Assembly (NCBI GenBank): GCA_028534125.1 | Contig: CM052816.1 | Location: forward strand, 49,912,001-49,976,000 | Length of the DNA stretch: 64,000 bases | Reading direction: 5' to 3' | Origin: Lama glama | Taxonomy: Eukaryota | Shown here: positions 1 through 11,828 of the stretch, piece by piece | How the letters are laid out: every line of letters begins with the position of its first letter | How positions within the stretch are numbered: the first letter of the stretch is position 1 | The notes under the pieces: generated by a model | Database searches by the model: none | What the model was told of the DNA's origin: nothing | Seen by the model: the letters and a program-made list of their open reading frames with translations, nothing else | Made by a program: the position numbers and the translations under genes

Positions 1-112
1 CAGGTGTTACCCTAGGCCAAGGGATCAGAAACCCTGGGGTCAGGGCTCAACGATGAGTGCTTTAACAAGTATTTCCAATGATAATGATGCATGCTGAAGT
101 TGGAGAACCACT
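1..112. mobile_element. MER5-like hAT-Charlie MITE, terminal part
   Basis: tttaacaagtatttccaatgataatgatgcatgctgaagttggagaaccact resembles the MER5A end (tttaacaagctccccaggtgattctgatgca...aagtttgagaaccactg). Confidence 0.6.
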
Positions 113-344
113 TATCCATAGGAAATACCGGAAATTCTTCAGTGAATAGTGAAGTGTGCCATGGATCCCGGATGGTACCAACCAGAGATTAAATTAGACA
201 ACTGGATTCGGGTAAAGTAGCAGAGACATTATTTTATCTCCAAAATATTGTTCATGTATAGCATCTGGCCAATTTCAATGTCATTTCCTGTGCCTGAATT
301 GTAGAACAAGTCCATTAAACAGAAAATGACAACCACCCCAACAC

Positions 345-506
345 CAACATGGCTAATGCTCACAGAACACTTACTGTAAGCAGGTATAATTCTAAGTGTT
401 CTCCATTTATGAGATCATTTAATCTTCACCACCACCTTAACATTTCTCATTTTACAAATGAGGAAACTAAGAACCCCAAGAGAGTAATTTGTACATTGTT
501 CCACAG
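345..506 (-). mobile_element. MIR SINE fragment
   Basis: Reverse MIR core: tcatttaatcttcac...cattttacaaatgaggaaactaag. Confidence 0.75.
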
Positions 507-2231
507 CTAGTACAGGGGATGGCCATTTTCCCTGGAATCTATTTTCTTGTGTCCAACTGATGATAAAATTATGATGAGAAAATGAAATATACACTCAAGG
601 TTCACCCTTGCTAGCCTCTGTTTTTTTAATATGAAACAAAGTTCTTTATACAATTGCTCAAGTGTCTTTAGGTAATAGTAATGACAATAATGATAGAACG
701 AACCAGATAAATAACCAAAACTAACACTGACATACACAAGATATGTATACTCTTTCTTGACACACTAAACTAGTCTGAGCCCACAGGCCTAACTTCAGTC
801 CTGAACAGAAAGTCAGCCTTCATATGTCACCCCTAAGGTTCACTTTCAGGCCAAGCAGACAGACCTTGGCTGGAAAGCTGCTTTTCAGAAAGTCATAAGC
901 CATTTCTGCACCAAAGGGTCAGTAGAAAGGAGAAAACACCAAAGAGAGACCTGCGAAGGCCCAGAACACTCACATTTGCAAATTCCCCGAACCAAACAGA
1001 GGCTCATTTCTGTACTTCTTGCTTTTCTCTTTGAGACTATAGTCATTTAAATGTAATTTTTCATCCACATGTTCACCCCTTCTATCGAATAACCCATTTT
1101 ATATTTCGTGTTACACTACTGAATCAGTAAGAGAAGTTTTCTTTTTTCTTTTTCTGTGATTCAACAAAAATTCATACTGATAACAAAATGTAGTAGGAAA
1201 TTAACCTGGTTTCTTCACAAGTTCCTTTTCCACTAATCTCTGTGTCTACTTTAATAATTAAGTATTAGAGACCTATAACATGCATTTCTTGGAGTAAGTA
1301 TTGTCTAAGCATTATTGATATTCTGCTTATTTACTTCCCCTGCTATCCAAGACGTCTTATATTCTCCTCATATGCACTCATTTTTTCTAGTAGTGTATTT
1401 GTATTTTTGGAGTTCTGTGCAGTGTATATGCACATCAGCTGGATTCTGAGCAAAAGGCTTTCAGTAATATAATTAAGAGAAAAATTGATGCTTTTAAGAC
1501 TGAAAGATATATTCTAAACAGACACAATAAAGAGAGTGAATATTTTAAAAACAGTATAATCTATATTTTAAAATATTAAGCAAATGAGAAACAATGGGAC
1601 AGAACCTGGCTATAGATTTAAATCCTGAGTGCTAACAGCAGTGGTGTGATGGCAAAGCCAACTCCTATTAATGCTGGCTGCAATCTGATACGGCATTAGA
1701 ATTAATTATTTCTTTTAGGCTCTGGTCAATATGACAGAGCTTCTTGGAGTAAAAATTGGTCAGGGGCGATTTAAACCATTTGATGAAAAATTCTTATGAT
1801 TCAGAAGTCTAAATAAAAACTTCACCACTGCAAAGATAAGTTCCACCTTCGTTCAAGCCTCTAGACTCAAAACATAAAACAAAACAAACACACCTGAATG
1901 TCAAATAAAGAATATTTTCTACATGTTTGAGCTGTAGAGTGCTATGGGGAGGGTCGGGGTGGGGCATTATATAATAAACACCTTCATAAGGGATTTCAGA
2001 AAATGATTCTGATATGAGCAGTGAAAATCCATAGCTCCATAGAGTAGAAAGACTTGTTCACACAGGAAACCATCTTTCATACTCATTTTTAAAGATTAAA
2101 AACTGATTAGGTAACCTGTTATTTCAGTTCACTTACTGCAAGATATCTGCATAAACTAACCTAGTATTTACTGAATATTTCTTATAAATGAAACTATGAA
2201 GGGACTCAGGGGGAAAAGGGGAACCACTTCT

Positions 2232-2755
2232 CATTTCTTTCAACAATAATTACTGAGTACCCACTGTTCTGGGTGCTCAGGATTTCAGTGATGAATGAAA
2301 GACACCAACTTCTACCTCATAAGGTCTATTCCCGTAGTGGGGGGAGATGATGAACAAGACACACAGCAAAGCAAAAAACTGGGCTGATGAGTGACATCAG
2401 GAGGAGTGACGTTCTTGTTGGTGACTGGAGTGGGTGGTTCTTTCCTGAAAAGATGGTGGAGGAGATAAAGGAGGAATCCCAGAGTATATCTGAGGGAAGA
2501 TCACTCCAGGGAGAATGGAGTGCAAAGCTGGAAGGCAGAGGCTGCTGAAGTGTGAGAACAACGTGGAAGCCCACGTGGCTGGAGTAGAATGAGGGAGAGA
2601 AAGAGTGGCAGGAGGCGAGAACAGAGATGTAAAAGGAGAAATTATCTGGAGTCCTTATTATAGGTCATTGGAATAACTTTTACTTGTACTTTGAGTGACG
2701 GGGGCCACGGTAAGAGTTTGAGCAGAGTAAGAACTTAGGCTTTTAAGCGTCCACT
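2232..2755 (-). mobile_element. L2 LINE 3' portion
   Basis: Begins tcatttctttcaacaataattactgagtacc (reverse of the L2 tail), followed by typical L2 purine-rich body (ggctggagtagaatgagggag...tttgagcagag). Confidence 0.75.
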
Positions 2756-2814
2756 CACAGACTCATGAAGCTCTGTCAAAGAATGAATGCGATCACTGAC
2801 ATAGTATCAGCCAG

Positions 2815-2978
2815 TCAACTCTGTGCCAGGTTATTTCACAAATATGCACAGTCAGCCTGTTTCGTAATTTAGCTGAGGAACTTGAAGCTTGGAATGTTTA
2901 TGCAACTAGACCAATATCACACAGCGAGATACAGCAGAGCTGGCCTTCAAACCCAAGCATTCTGAATTCTGACTCCTT
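2815..2978 (-). mobile_element. MIR SINE fragment
   Basis: gctgaggaacttgaagct...tcacacagc...cagagctggccttcaaacccaag...tctgactcc. Confidence 0.65.
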
Positions 2979-3311
2979 GGAAGAGAGGCTTGCACCTTCT
3001 GGCTTCTTCAATGCTCAGAGAACACAGGAGAGAGACTGGTTTTCTCTGTCTAGAGAGCTAAAGAAAGAAGAAGTTTTGAATGAGAGCAGAGCCATTCCAA
3101 GCAAAGGAAGGCCTGGTATGGTCAGGACGAGGCTTTGTTTACCAGCAACTTGTTAGCTCAGAGCAGAGGCCTGGGAAGAGACCAGATGGGTGGTTTTAGC
3201 AGGTCCTAACCCAAAAGGAAGATGTTCCTCTTTGCGGAGATGATTCTGTCCTATAACCAGGCAAGGGCAAGAATGCCACTAAAATGTCTGTAGACAAAAA
3301 CTATGTGTATA

Positions 3312-3438
3312 CTGACTATTTGACTTCTCCTATAGACAGCAAACCATTGAGAGCAGGGACCTACTGTCCTGTGTACTGTGGCTTTCCAGCTCCTAACACT
3401 GTGACTGCAGTAAATGCCTGGGAACTATTTGTTGAATA
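3312..3438 (+). mobile_element. L2 LINE 3' end
   Basis: tagacagcaaaccattgagagcagggac...tccagctcctaacac...tatttgttgaat. Confidence 0.65.
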
Positions 3439-4352
3439 CAAGTATTAATGCCTACAATATGTAAGAGTTGGGTTACATATGTTTTCAGTAGCAATATATA
3501 TTACTCTTTTGCAAGTTCAAGTCCAGGACTGGGTGCAAATGGTAGCCATGCAAAGCCAGAAGCCATGTCTTTCTGCCCAGCAGGAAAATGCAGCATTTGC
3601 ACAGTCAGCATTTGTTACATCTACTGGTCAGCCAAACGCTCTCAGCCTGGATGTCAGTGATTCACTAGGCTCCTGGTTACCCCTCTTGGAGCAGAGTTCC
3701 CATAGACTTCAAGACCTTATCTGGGAGGGAAGAATCAACTCAACTAGGAAATGAGCAGACTTTGTTAGGTTATCAATTCCTGACAGGGGACACCCCCTTA
3801 TCACCGTGTCTCACTTATCAAGAGTTGCACCAATGATGTCACACAGGAGACAATATAGGGATGAAACAAGTTCCTGTTCCCATAGGCTTAGCATCTGAAA
3901 GAAAATAACACATTTCTGGAAAAGGAAGTTAGTTATTCCTGATTAATCAAGAGTGATATGAGGGTCTCAAGTGAGTCTGGGTATTAAAGAGAATCTTTGA
4001 AATTCTATCAGTTTCAAAAATGACCTAGACTTTAAAAAAAACCATTGTCAATGGTCTTCACCAAAATTTTAAAAGTAAGCCTCCGCTGGATGTGAGACTA
4101 AATTTTCAAAAGGAAAGTGATGAAGAAATAGGAATCAATGGCTGAGACAAACATTGGAATTTTGTATAGGAAAAAGAATAAATGTTGTTGTTCCAGGGAA
4201 ACTATCTTAGGAAGTCTTCCTTGGAATATTTAAAAGTGATCTAGATTCGAGAACAATAATTGTTTATCATTTATATAAATTGACTTCTCTGGGTCCCTAA
4301 ATCACCTTAAGTTTATATTCAAATATGTATATCCATTAAAAAAATGAATTAA

Positions 4353-4608
4353 CCCAGTGGTTAACAGTAGCTAGGGCTTAAATCAGAAATTCCAGGGTTC
4401 TATTCTCAACTCCACAAATTACAAGTTACATGACCTTGGAAAACTACTTAACCTTTTAAGTTGATTAATTTCCTCATTTATAAAATAGGTATAATAATAC
4501 ATCTCTTACTGGTTTCCAGTATAGATTATATAAGATAATGTGTCTAATACACTTAGCATCTACATGCCACACTGGATGCTCTAAATAGATGGCAGTTATT
4601 ATTATTAC
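4353..4608 (+). mobile_element. MIR SINE, near full length
   Basis: cagtggttaa...tgaccttggaaaactacttaacc...tttcctcatttataaaataggtataataatac...agttattattatta. Confidence 0.8.
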
Positions 4609-4691
4609 GACAATAACTTTTTAATCAATTTCTCAATATTACAATGTTACTTTTTACTATGAAACAAAACAAAGGTAAGAATTTAGAACAG

Positions 4692-6151
4692 CAATCAGTT
4701 CTCAACATGTGTCCTGTAGTACCCTCAGTCATCCAGACCATTTCAGGCTATCTGAGAGGCAAAAGCTATTTCTATAATACTACAATGCTATTTTTATTTT
4801 CACTATGTTGACATTTGCACTGGTGATGCAAAAGCAACTGCAGACAAAACTACCAATGTCTTGGCACAAATGAGGGCAGCAGGACCAAACTTTACTAATG
4901 GTCATTATATTCTTTACCTGAATGTACTCCCGGTTTAAAAAAAAAAAAAGGTCAGCTTTACTTACGTCCTTGATAAATAAAATGAATTTTCTTTACTAAG
5001 GTTCTACCCTTGAGTAATCTTATTTTTAACATTCTGTGCAACTGAACATAAAGTACACATAAAGCATTCCTCTTGCACGTAGGAAGGATGACAGTGATCT
5101 CCAGGAAAAGCACTTACACAATTTGTTTTTTGTTGGTTTTTTTTGTTGTTTTTTTTTGTTTTTTTTGGAAAAACCACCATTTTGTTTGAAAGAATGAAGA
5201 AAAATTATGGCTACATAATAATACATCTCTCACTGGTTTCCAGTATAGATTATATAAGATAATGTTTCTAACATATATTGAGTGTTTGGCATGTTTTCTC
5301 AAAAAAGGGATGAAGCAAACCTGCCAGTTCAGGAAAACAACTCCCAACATATGCTGCAAGTGACAACATATGATTTCCAAGTGAAACTGTTTTGAAAAAC
5401 TATACCCACTACTCCGAACTTGAGAGTGTCCCAAAACCTATGGACATTTCTGATGGGACTGGGGGGATATTCATGAATGTGATTATTTGACACTGTAAAG
5501 TGAAATATGTCAGCATTTGAAAACTCTACATAACTCAATAAACCAATATTTTACAAATAACCAATGTATGATGTTACAAAATCAATCATACATGTGTAAC
5601 AGATCTATTCAAAGTGCTAGACAGACCTATGAATTTTATATGAGTATTAAAAAGCACATTGGTATTTCAAATTCTACACTGCAGCTGATCTTTAAGAAAC
5701 TATCACGTGTCAAGTATTGGTAGAGTATCAAAGAAGAATATTCACAGTTATCTGGGAAGGCTACTAAAATGCTCTTTTCCAACTACGTATCTGTTTGAAG
5801 TCAGATTCCTTTTACATACTTCAACCAAAGCAATATATAGCAACAGGAATGCAGAAGCAGTATGAGTATCCAGCTGTCTTCTGTCAGACATTAAGGAAAG
5901 AGATTTGCACAAATTTAAAGTAATGCCACTCTTCTCATTAATTTTTGTTTTGTAAAATATAGTTATTTTATAAAATTAATTTTAAAGTATATAATGGTGA
6001 TATTATTTTTAAAAAGTAAGTAATACGAAATGATTTCATTTTTAATATGATAAAGCAGGGTTATCACCAGCATAAACAAAAGCCATTTAAGGTCCTCAGT
6101 AACTTTTGAGATTGCTAAGGGATTTTATGAACAAAAACTTTGAGCACTACA
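4692..6151. mobile_element. Charlie1-family (Charlie1a-like) hAT DNA transposon, internally deleted, both ends present
   Basis: Degenerate TIRs (cagttctcaacatg... / ...aaactttgagcactacag); internal Charlie1-type blocks such as tgttgacatttgcactggtgatgcaaaagcaa and gaatgcagaagcagtatgagtatccagctgtcttct. Confidence 0.75.
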
Positions 6152-6704
6152 GGTCCAAAACATGGGGATCCTATCACATATAGCTCTAGTTTGACACTTT
6201 CATGAGGCCTTCCAATAAAATTTCACCTCTCGATATCAAAAGTGTGAGAAAATGTTCCATGCTGGGTTAGGAAGCCAAATTGGAAATAAGTAAATATACG
6301 AACAAAACCCAAACAACCTTAATACATAGAAAGTCTATGACTATCAGCACTGACCCGGGAAAGGAATCATAGTAGTGTTTTTCAAGACATCAATTAAAAC
6401 ATCATCATAACAAAAAGATTTACGTGATATATTGCCTCATAATAAGCATTTTAAACACACCATGGGTATTTAAACCACACCCAATTAATCACCATAGGAA
6501 TCTCTGAAGGATATTGTTAGCATAGTTTCACTATTAAAATTATCTTTATTTCACTGACATGGAAAAATGAAGAGAGGATAAGTACGTCCCAAAGCTAACA
6601 AGAGGTGCAGTCAGAATGCAAACCTAGGTTTAGCAGCTTTCAAATGCCTGAGTCTGTGTTTGGGAATAAAGCCACAGTGAGCCCATACTTACATTTGTTG
6701 TAAC

Positions 6705-7010
6705 TACATCCTGTCAGAATAGGTGATGTTGTGGTAACTAGTGAGCTAGTATCTCAGGAGCATAAAACAACAATGGTTTATTTCTCACTCACACTGTATG
6801 TCTCTTATAAGTTGAATGCAGCCCTGCTCCATATTTCTTTACTTCTGGACCCAAGCTGTTGGCAACCCTCCACTTAGAACACTATCAATCTTATGGTGAA
6901 GAGAAAAGAGATAATCAATTCCTTAAAGCCTCTGCCCAGAAATGTTACACACCACTTCCGCTCACATTTCATTGACCAAAGCAAGTCATACAGCCAAGCC
7001 TGAGCTCAAT
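6705..7010 (-). mobile_element. MaLR LTR (old MLT1, K/L-like)
   Basis: aaaacaacaatggtttatttctcactcac...cacttccgctcacatttcattgaccaaagcaagtcatacagccaagcctga. Confidence 0.7.
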
Positions 7011-8378
7011 ACTGTGAATGTATTCACACAGTAGATGGCATACTGTAAATCACAATAGACACATACTGTAAATGTGACATGAAAGAAATGGAAAAAGTCA
7101 AAACAAAAGCAATTAAAACCATTCCCAGTAGAAGGCATCATAATGGGTACTCATTCATTTTGTACTAAAGTAGGTTTCAGGACACATGGCTGATGTCGAT
7201 AAAATCCTAATAGTTAATAAGCTGGACAGAGAGTAGTTCCTCAGATTTTCAAATTCTCTATATAGTGTGATGTTCTATGTGTATTTCATGAGCACCTCAG
7301 TGCTCACCAGACCCTGGCATTCTATTCCTGAAGCCCAGTCTAAAGATGATTCAAAGTGTTTTTGTTACTTTTATTGCCATTTCTCCATCAACAACTGGGG
7401 ATTTGCTAGCTAGTATATTTAAAGGTTAGAAATGGTTTTAATATGTGAAATAGTGGCTTTTCAGTTATCATCATAAATGTTAAAAATGAGTTTTAATTAG
7501 CTGAATTAAAAGTATTCATCATATTTATAAACTGGCTAAGAGGTCTCTGAGATACACAGCATCCTTATTAATCCAAGCGTCTGAATTTGGATCATTTCTG
7601 GTTTACTGGTACAACTAGGGACCTTCGAAGAGAATTCTGCCCCTAGACCCTTGGGCCTGCTGTGTGAGAGATAATTTATACAAATTAACGATTGATAATT
7701 TATACAAACTGAGCCTCTAAAAGGACTGAGAGCTTAAAGAAGAGACTGCATGAACGTATGTGCCTATTTGCTAACGGCTGTTGGTTAAGGTTCAATGCAT
7801 ACACGCAGGGCAGAATTTGGTTGGGTGGCATTCTTCTCCACCTACAAGAACTTAGAGATTTAAGAGCAAACTGAAAAAGGTTAACTTGCTAGAGTGTCCT
7901 GAATTGTTATTGCTTTAGATTTTTCTCAATCATACTTAGTTGAATTTGATGTGGTCTATATTTTATGTTTCGTTTTGAGACATTTTTTCCTAAACATGGT
8001 ATCATTCTCAAGTGCATGATTCATTTCAGCTTAGATAGAATGAAACCTTAATGGAACTTAATATGAAAAGGAAACATGACCAGGGGCTAAGTTAGTATTT
8101 GCTATCTAACCACTAAAAATTTTGGAAAACCTAGTAATTAATCATTAATTGCTATTCAACAGACATTTAAGGGTAAGTTATAACCTTACTGTGGAACCTA
8201 TGACTGAGGAGGGAAAGTGACTTTCCAAGAGTCAAACACCCTCATAATTTTAAATATAACTCAGAAACTAAATTCAGTACCTTTCTCCCAATATCTTTAA
8301 TCTCTGGGTAACAGTAATATCTGTAATGTGACCTTACTATTCACTCTGAGGTAGGTTATAGAAGGACAGGGAAAAAAT

Positions 8379-8415
8379 TATGTGTGAATTATCTTTGTAT
8401 GTGTGAATTATCTTT
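8379..8415. repeat. Short tandem duplication, 18-bp unit x2 (period 19)
   Basis: tatgtgtgaattatcttt at 8379-8396 and 8398-8415. Confidence 0.85.
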
Positions 8416-10149
8416 CATAATTTATCTTTCAGAAATCCTTAAGGGAATTTACTTTGCTTTAGTCATGACTCTAACTCGAACTATATTTAATATATTTTTA
8501 AAAAACCAACTGAGTTTTTTTATTTTAAATTTTGCCCTTTATTCTTGGGGGAAAAAAAAAACCACAATGAGCACTTTGGTGGTATAACAACTGTTTCTGA
8601 ATCAAATTTTCTATATCATGGTATTCAGAATTCCACAAAACAGTACTTAAACCACATAAATAAGTTCACACAGATTATTAAATTGTCCCTCAGATAGGTC
8701 TATGCTGGTCCAAAAAATAAACAAATAAAACTGTAAAACTTTCAGACACTCCTTTTAAGAGTAAAATTTCATGTGATAATTAAAATATCACCACCACAGT
8801 GAGATGACAATTTGATCTTTCTTAATATCTTGCCTAGTATCTCAAATATTACTGAAAGTGGACTGAATGTGAACTGTTTATTTGCATGTGTTTCTGAATC
8901 TTAAGGGTCTGCCAAGAAGAATCCAGGACCCTGTGATGTCAGTATTTCTTTTTTTTTTTTTTAAGTACTTAATTATTCTCAGTCAGATGACTTGAATGCC
9001 AGTTGTGCATGGGCCATGCCACATTCTTCTTTGTAATTTTGCTTTCTTATTCTGATACCCTATATGGAAAGTTCTGATTAGTATTTCAGTCACATTGCTT
9101 TTATTAGTGAATTCATGTATTAACAGAGCAGATCTAGCTTGTAAAATAAACATATGTGTACTCTGAGCAATCTGATCCATTAAAAAAATTCTATGAGATT
9201 AATAACCAATGACAGACTTATAACTTTAAAGTATGTACACAAAAATGATTTTTAAAATGTGCTTAGATTTGACTTGACATATTTTCATGCTATTGAAGAA
9301 ATAGATTCTTAAATACTTCAAAAACACTGCTATTACAAATAAATACGGTTATCATTTTGTTTCTAGGTATCAGGACAAGTAGTACCTCCAGTCTCACGAT
9401 GGTAATTCTTAACAACAAACTATTTATCCTTCACTTGCTGCAGCTGTAAAGCTGAATGTCAAGCTCACAGTTTGCATATTTGTGCAGCTTTGTTTAGAAA
9501 ACTGGCTCTATTGTGAACGTGTTTCAAAATTGCCAAATGCGTGTGTAATGAAAACATATCTGCTAAACAAAAGAGAGAGACCAAGTTTGAGAAAGGAATT
9601 AGCAAGAAAACATTAGTTTAAAAAGTTCTCCTATAATTAAACTGTGTTGCAAATGAAGTGGATCTTTTCCCAAACATGCTATTCACAGCATCCATAATCA
9701 TCAAAGAGCAGGCACTCCAGACAGAGCCAGAAGCAGAGCAGCCACACGTGACTCAGAATAAAGCAGAAGAGGGCCTGGCAGTTGGAGGTGAGGCTGCACT
9801 CGTGTGATCTCCCAATATCAAGCACCAAAAAGCACCAACATTTCAGCATGATGTGAAAAAAATTAACAATTAAGGTGACTTTGTGTGTCTTTCACCAATG
9901 GGTAGAGAGAAAATTCTGAAAGGGCTTTTTCTGATTTCCTTTGATTTAAAGTATCAGCATTTTGACCTGCTCAAGTGCCACCTAATCAGTAATATTTTCT
10001 CTCAATACACGTATGTGGATACACACATATACATACCTATGTGTACGTGTACGTGTATGCATATTGAGAAAACACCTTACTAGTAGTGATTTTTTTATGT
10101 GTGTGCGTGACTCTTCAATCAGTCTTGAAATCCTGTCCCCCTTTGTTTA

Positions 10150-10315
10150 TACCACCTAACATACCATATATTGCCTTATTTCTTTAGTATCTACCCCACC
10201 CAAAATATAAACCTCATAAGAACAGAAACTATCTCTAGTTCTCTGCCATATCTCTCGAACCAGGACCTAACAGGATTGACTCCATAAAAATGTGTTTAAT
10301 AAGTGAATGAATCAG
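10150..10315 (+). mobile_element. L2 LINE 3' end
   Basis: aaatataaacctcataagaacagaaact...ataaaaatgtgtttaataagtgaatgaat. Confidence 0.65.
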
Positions 10316-10894
10316 TCAATCAAATATGAGTCTCTTTTCACACTAAGAGAAATATTATAAACATCTGCTCGGTAGGTTTCAGTATACTTCTGTCTGGGTA
10401 AAGATATATCATACTTCTATAAGACAGCCACATTTCTTAGAAAACATTCCAAAGATGATTAAAATCTCTTTGTAAATAAGGACGTATATCATGTCTTCCC
10501 TGTGCAACGTTATATTCATATGAGAAACAAATTTGCTTCTAGCATATAAATCTGTATTTGGCCACTGATTATTATTTAACCACTTGTTCTTCACACTGTG
10601 AATGGGATTTCAGATTTTTCTATACATGTTTATAAGTGAAGATTAGTGAACACCTTTATCAAGTAGCCTATTTCTATTTGAGTAAGTCTGCTTTGATAGT
10701 ATTACTTCAAGAAGAAAGAGAGGGGTGGGGGAGGGAGGGAGAGAGAGAGGAAGGGAGAGAAAAAAAGCAGAGATAAATTTCTACATAGCATTATAGAACA
10801 TATTCTTCATTTTCCCCTCCAATCAAATCTTAACAATAACTGGATGTTAGAGGCCAAAATTGATAACTGATTCCCTTTCACCAAGACCAAACTC

Positions 10895-11510
10895 TGCCAG
10901 GAGCAAAAAGGAATCTTTTCGAAGTGTGAAGCCCATCCATCATGTCACCCCCATGCTTAAAATCCATCACTCTTCACCTGAAGAGCAACGTCCACAGCAC
11001 TGCTCAGTGTCCACTGGGTCTGAGCCTGGCTTCTCTCCCGAGTCTCGTTGATCATTACTCTCTCACCTGGTCTGTGAGCTTCACCAAGCTACCTTCTCTC
11101 AATTTCTAATTTCTCCACTTTCTTTCTAAACCGCAGGCCTCTGGTCCTACTATTTCATCTGTAAAGCTCTTCTTCACCCCACTTCCTCGTGTTAACACTG
11201 GACGCTTTCCCTTACTTCCTCCCATTCTCATTCTAGGCCAGGTTCCTTTGTTACATACAAAGTCTGTCCTTCTTTCCTTCCTCCCTCCCTTCCTTCATTG
11301 TTTCTTTGTTCCTTCATCCCTTTCTTTGAGAGCACATATCTTCATTTGTCATCATGCATTCTTCTGCATTTTCATTTGACTAATACGCATTCCCCCAACT
11401 AGCCTGTAGGAGAGGAGGGCCACATCTGTTCACCCTGCGTTCCCTAGCTCAGAAACAGCGCCTGGTGTGTGTCACACAGGAAGCCATTAATACCAGTTAC
11501 GTAAATGACA
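10895..11510 (+). mobile_element. L2 LINE 3' portion
   Basis: catgtcacccccatgcttaaaatcc...tccccaactagcctgtag...ccctagctcagaaacagcgcctgg...ttaataccagttacgtaaatga. Confidence 0.65.
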
Positions 11511-11579
11511 GCAGATAATTTTCAAACTGCATGACTTGCATTGCTAATGGAAGTCAACTATTATTTTAAAATACACTTT

Positions 11580-11828
11580 AGGAGTTTGGGATTAATAGAT
11601 ACACACTACTGTATATAAATTAGATAAACAACAAAGACCCACTGCATAACACAGGGAATTATATTTTCTTTCTTGTAATGAGCTATAATGGAGAAGAATC
11701 TGGAAAAAAATACACATATATACATACACACAGACACACACACACACACACACAACTGAATCGCTTTTCTGTATACCCAAAACTAACATTGTAAATTGGC
11801 TATACTTCAATAAAAAATACGGAATTTA
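11580..11828 (+). mobile_element. 5'-truncated artiodactyl-type L1 (3'UTR only) with 12-bp TSD
   Basis: ggagtttgggattaatagatacacactac...ctatacttcaataaaaaa; TSD aaaatacacttt at 11568-11579 and 11829-11840; tttt/aaaa endonuclease-type target. Confidence 0.9.

Noticed and set aside
5122..5167. T-rich tract inside Charlie as a solo poly(A) retro-insertion
   Set aside because: No TSD visible; simple slippage expansion of a T run explains it.
9367..9401. 35-nt plus-strand micro-exon candidate (tttctag|...ATG|gtaatt)
   Set aside because: Not frame-preserving, peptide unrecognised, and such site pairs are frequent by chance.
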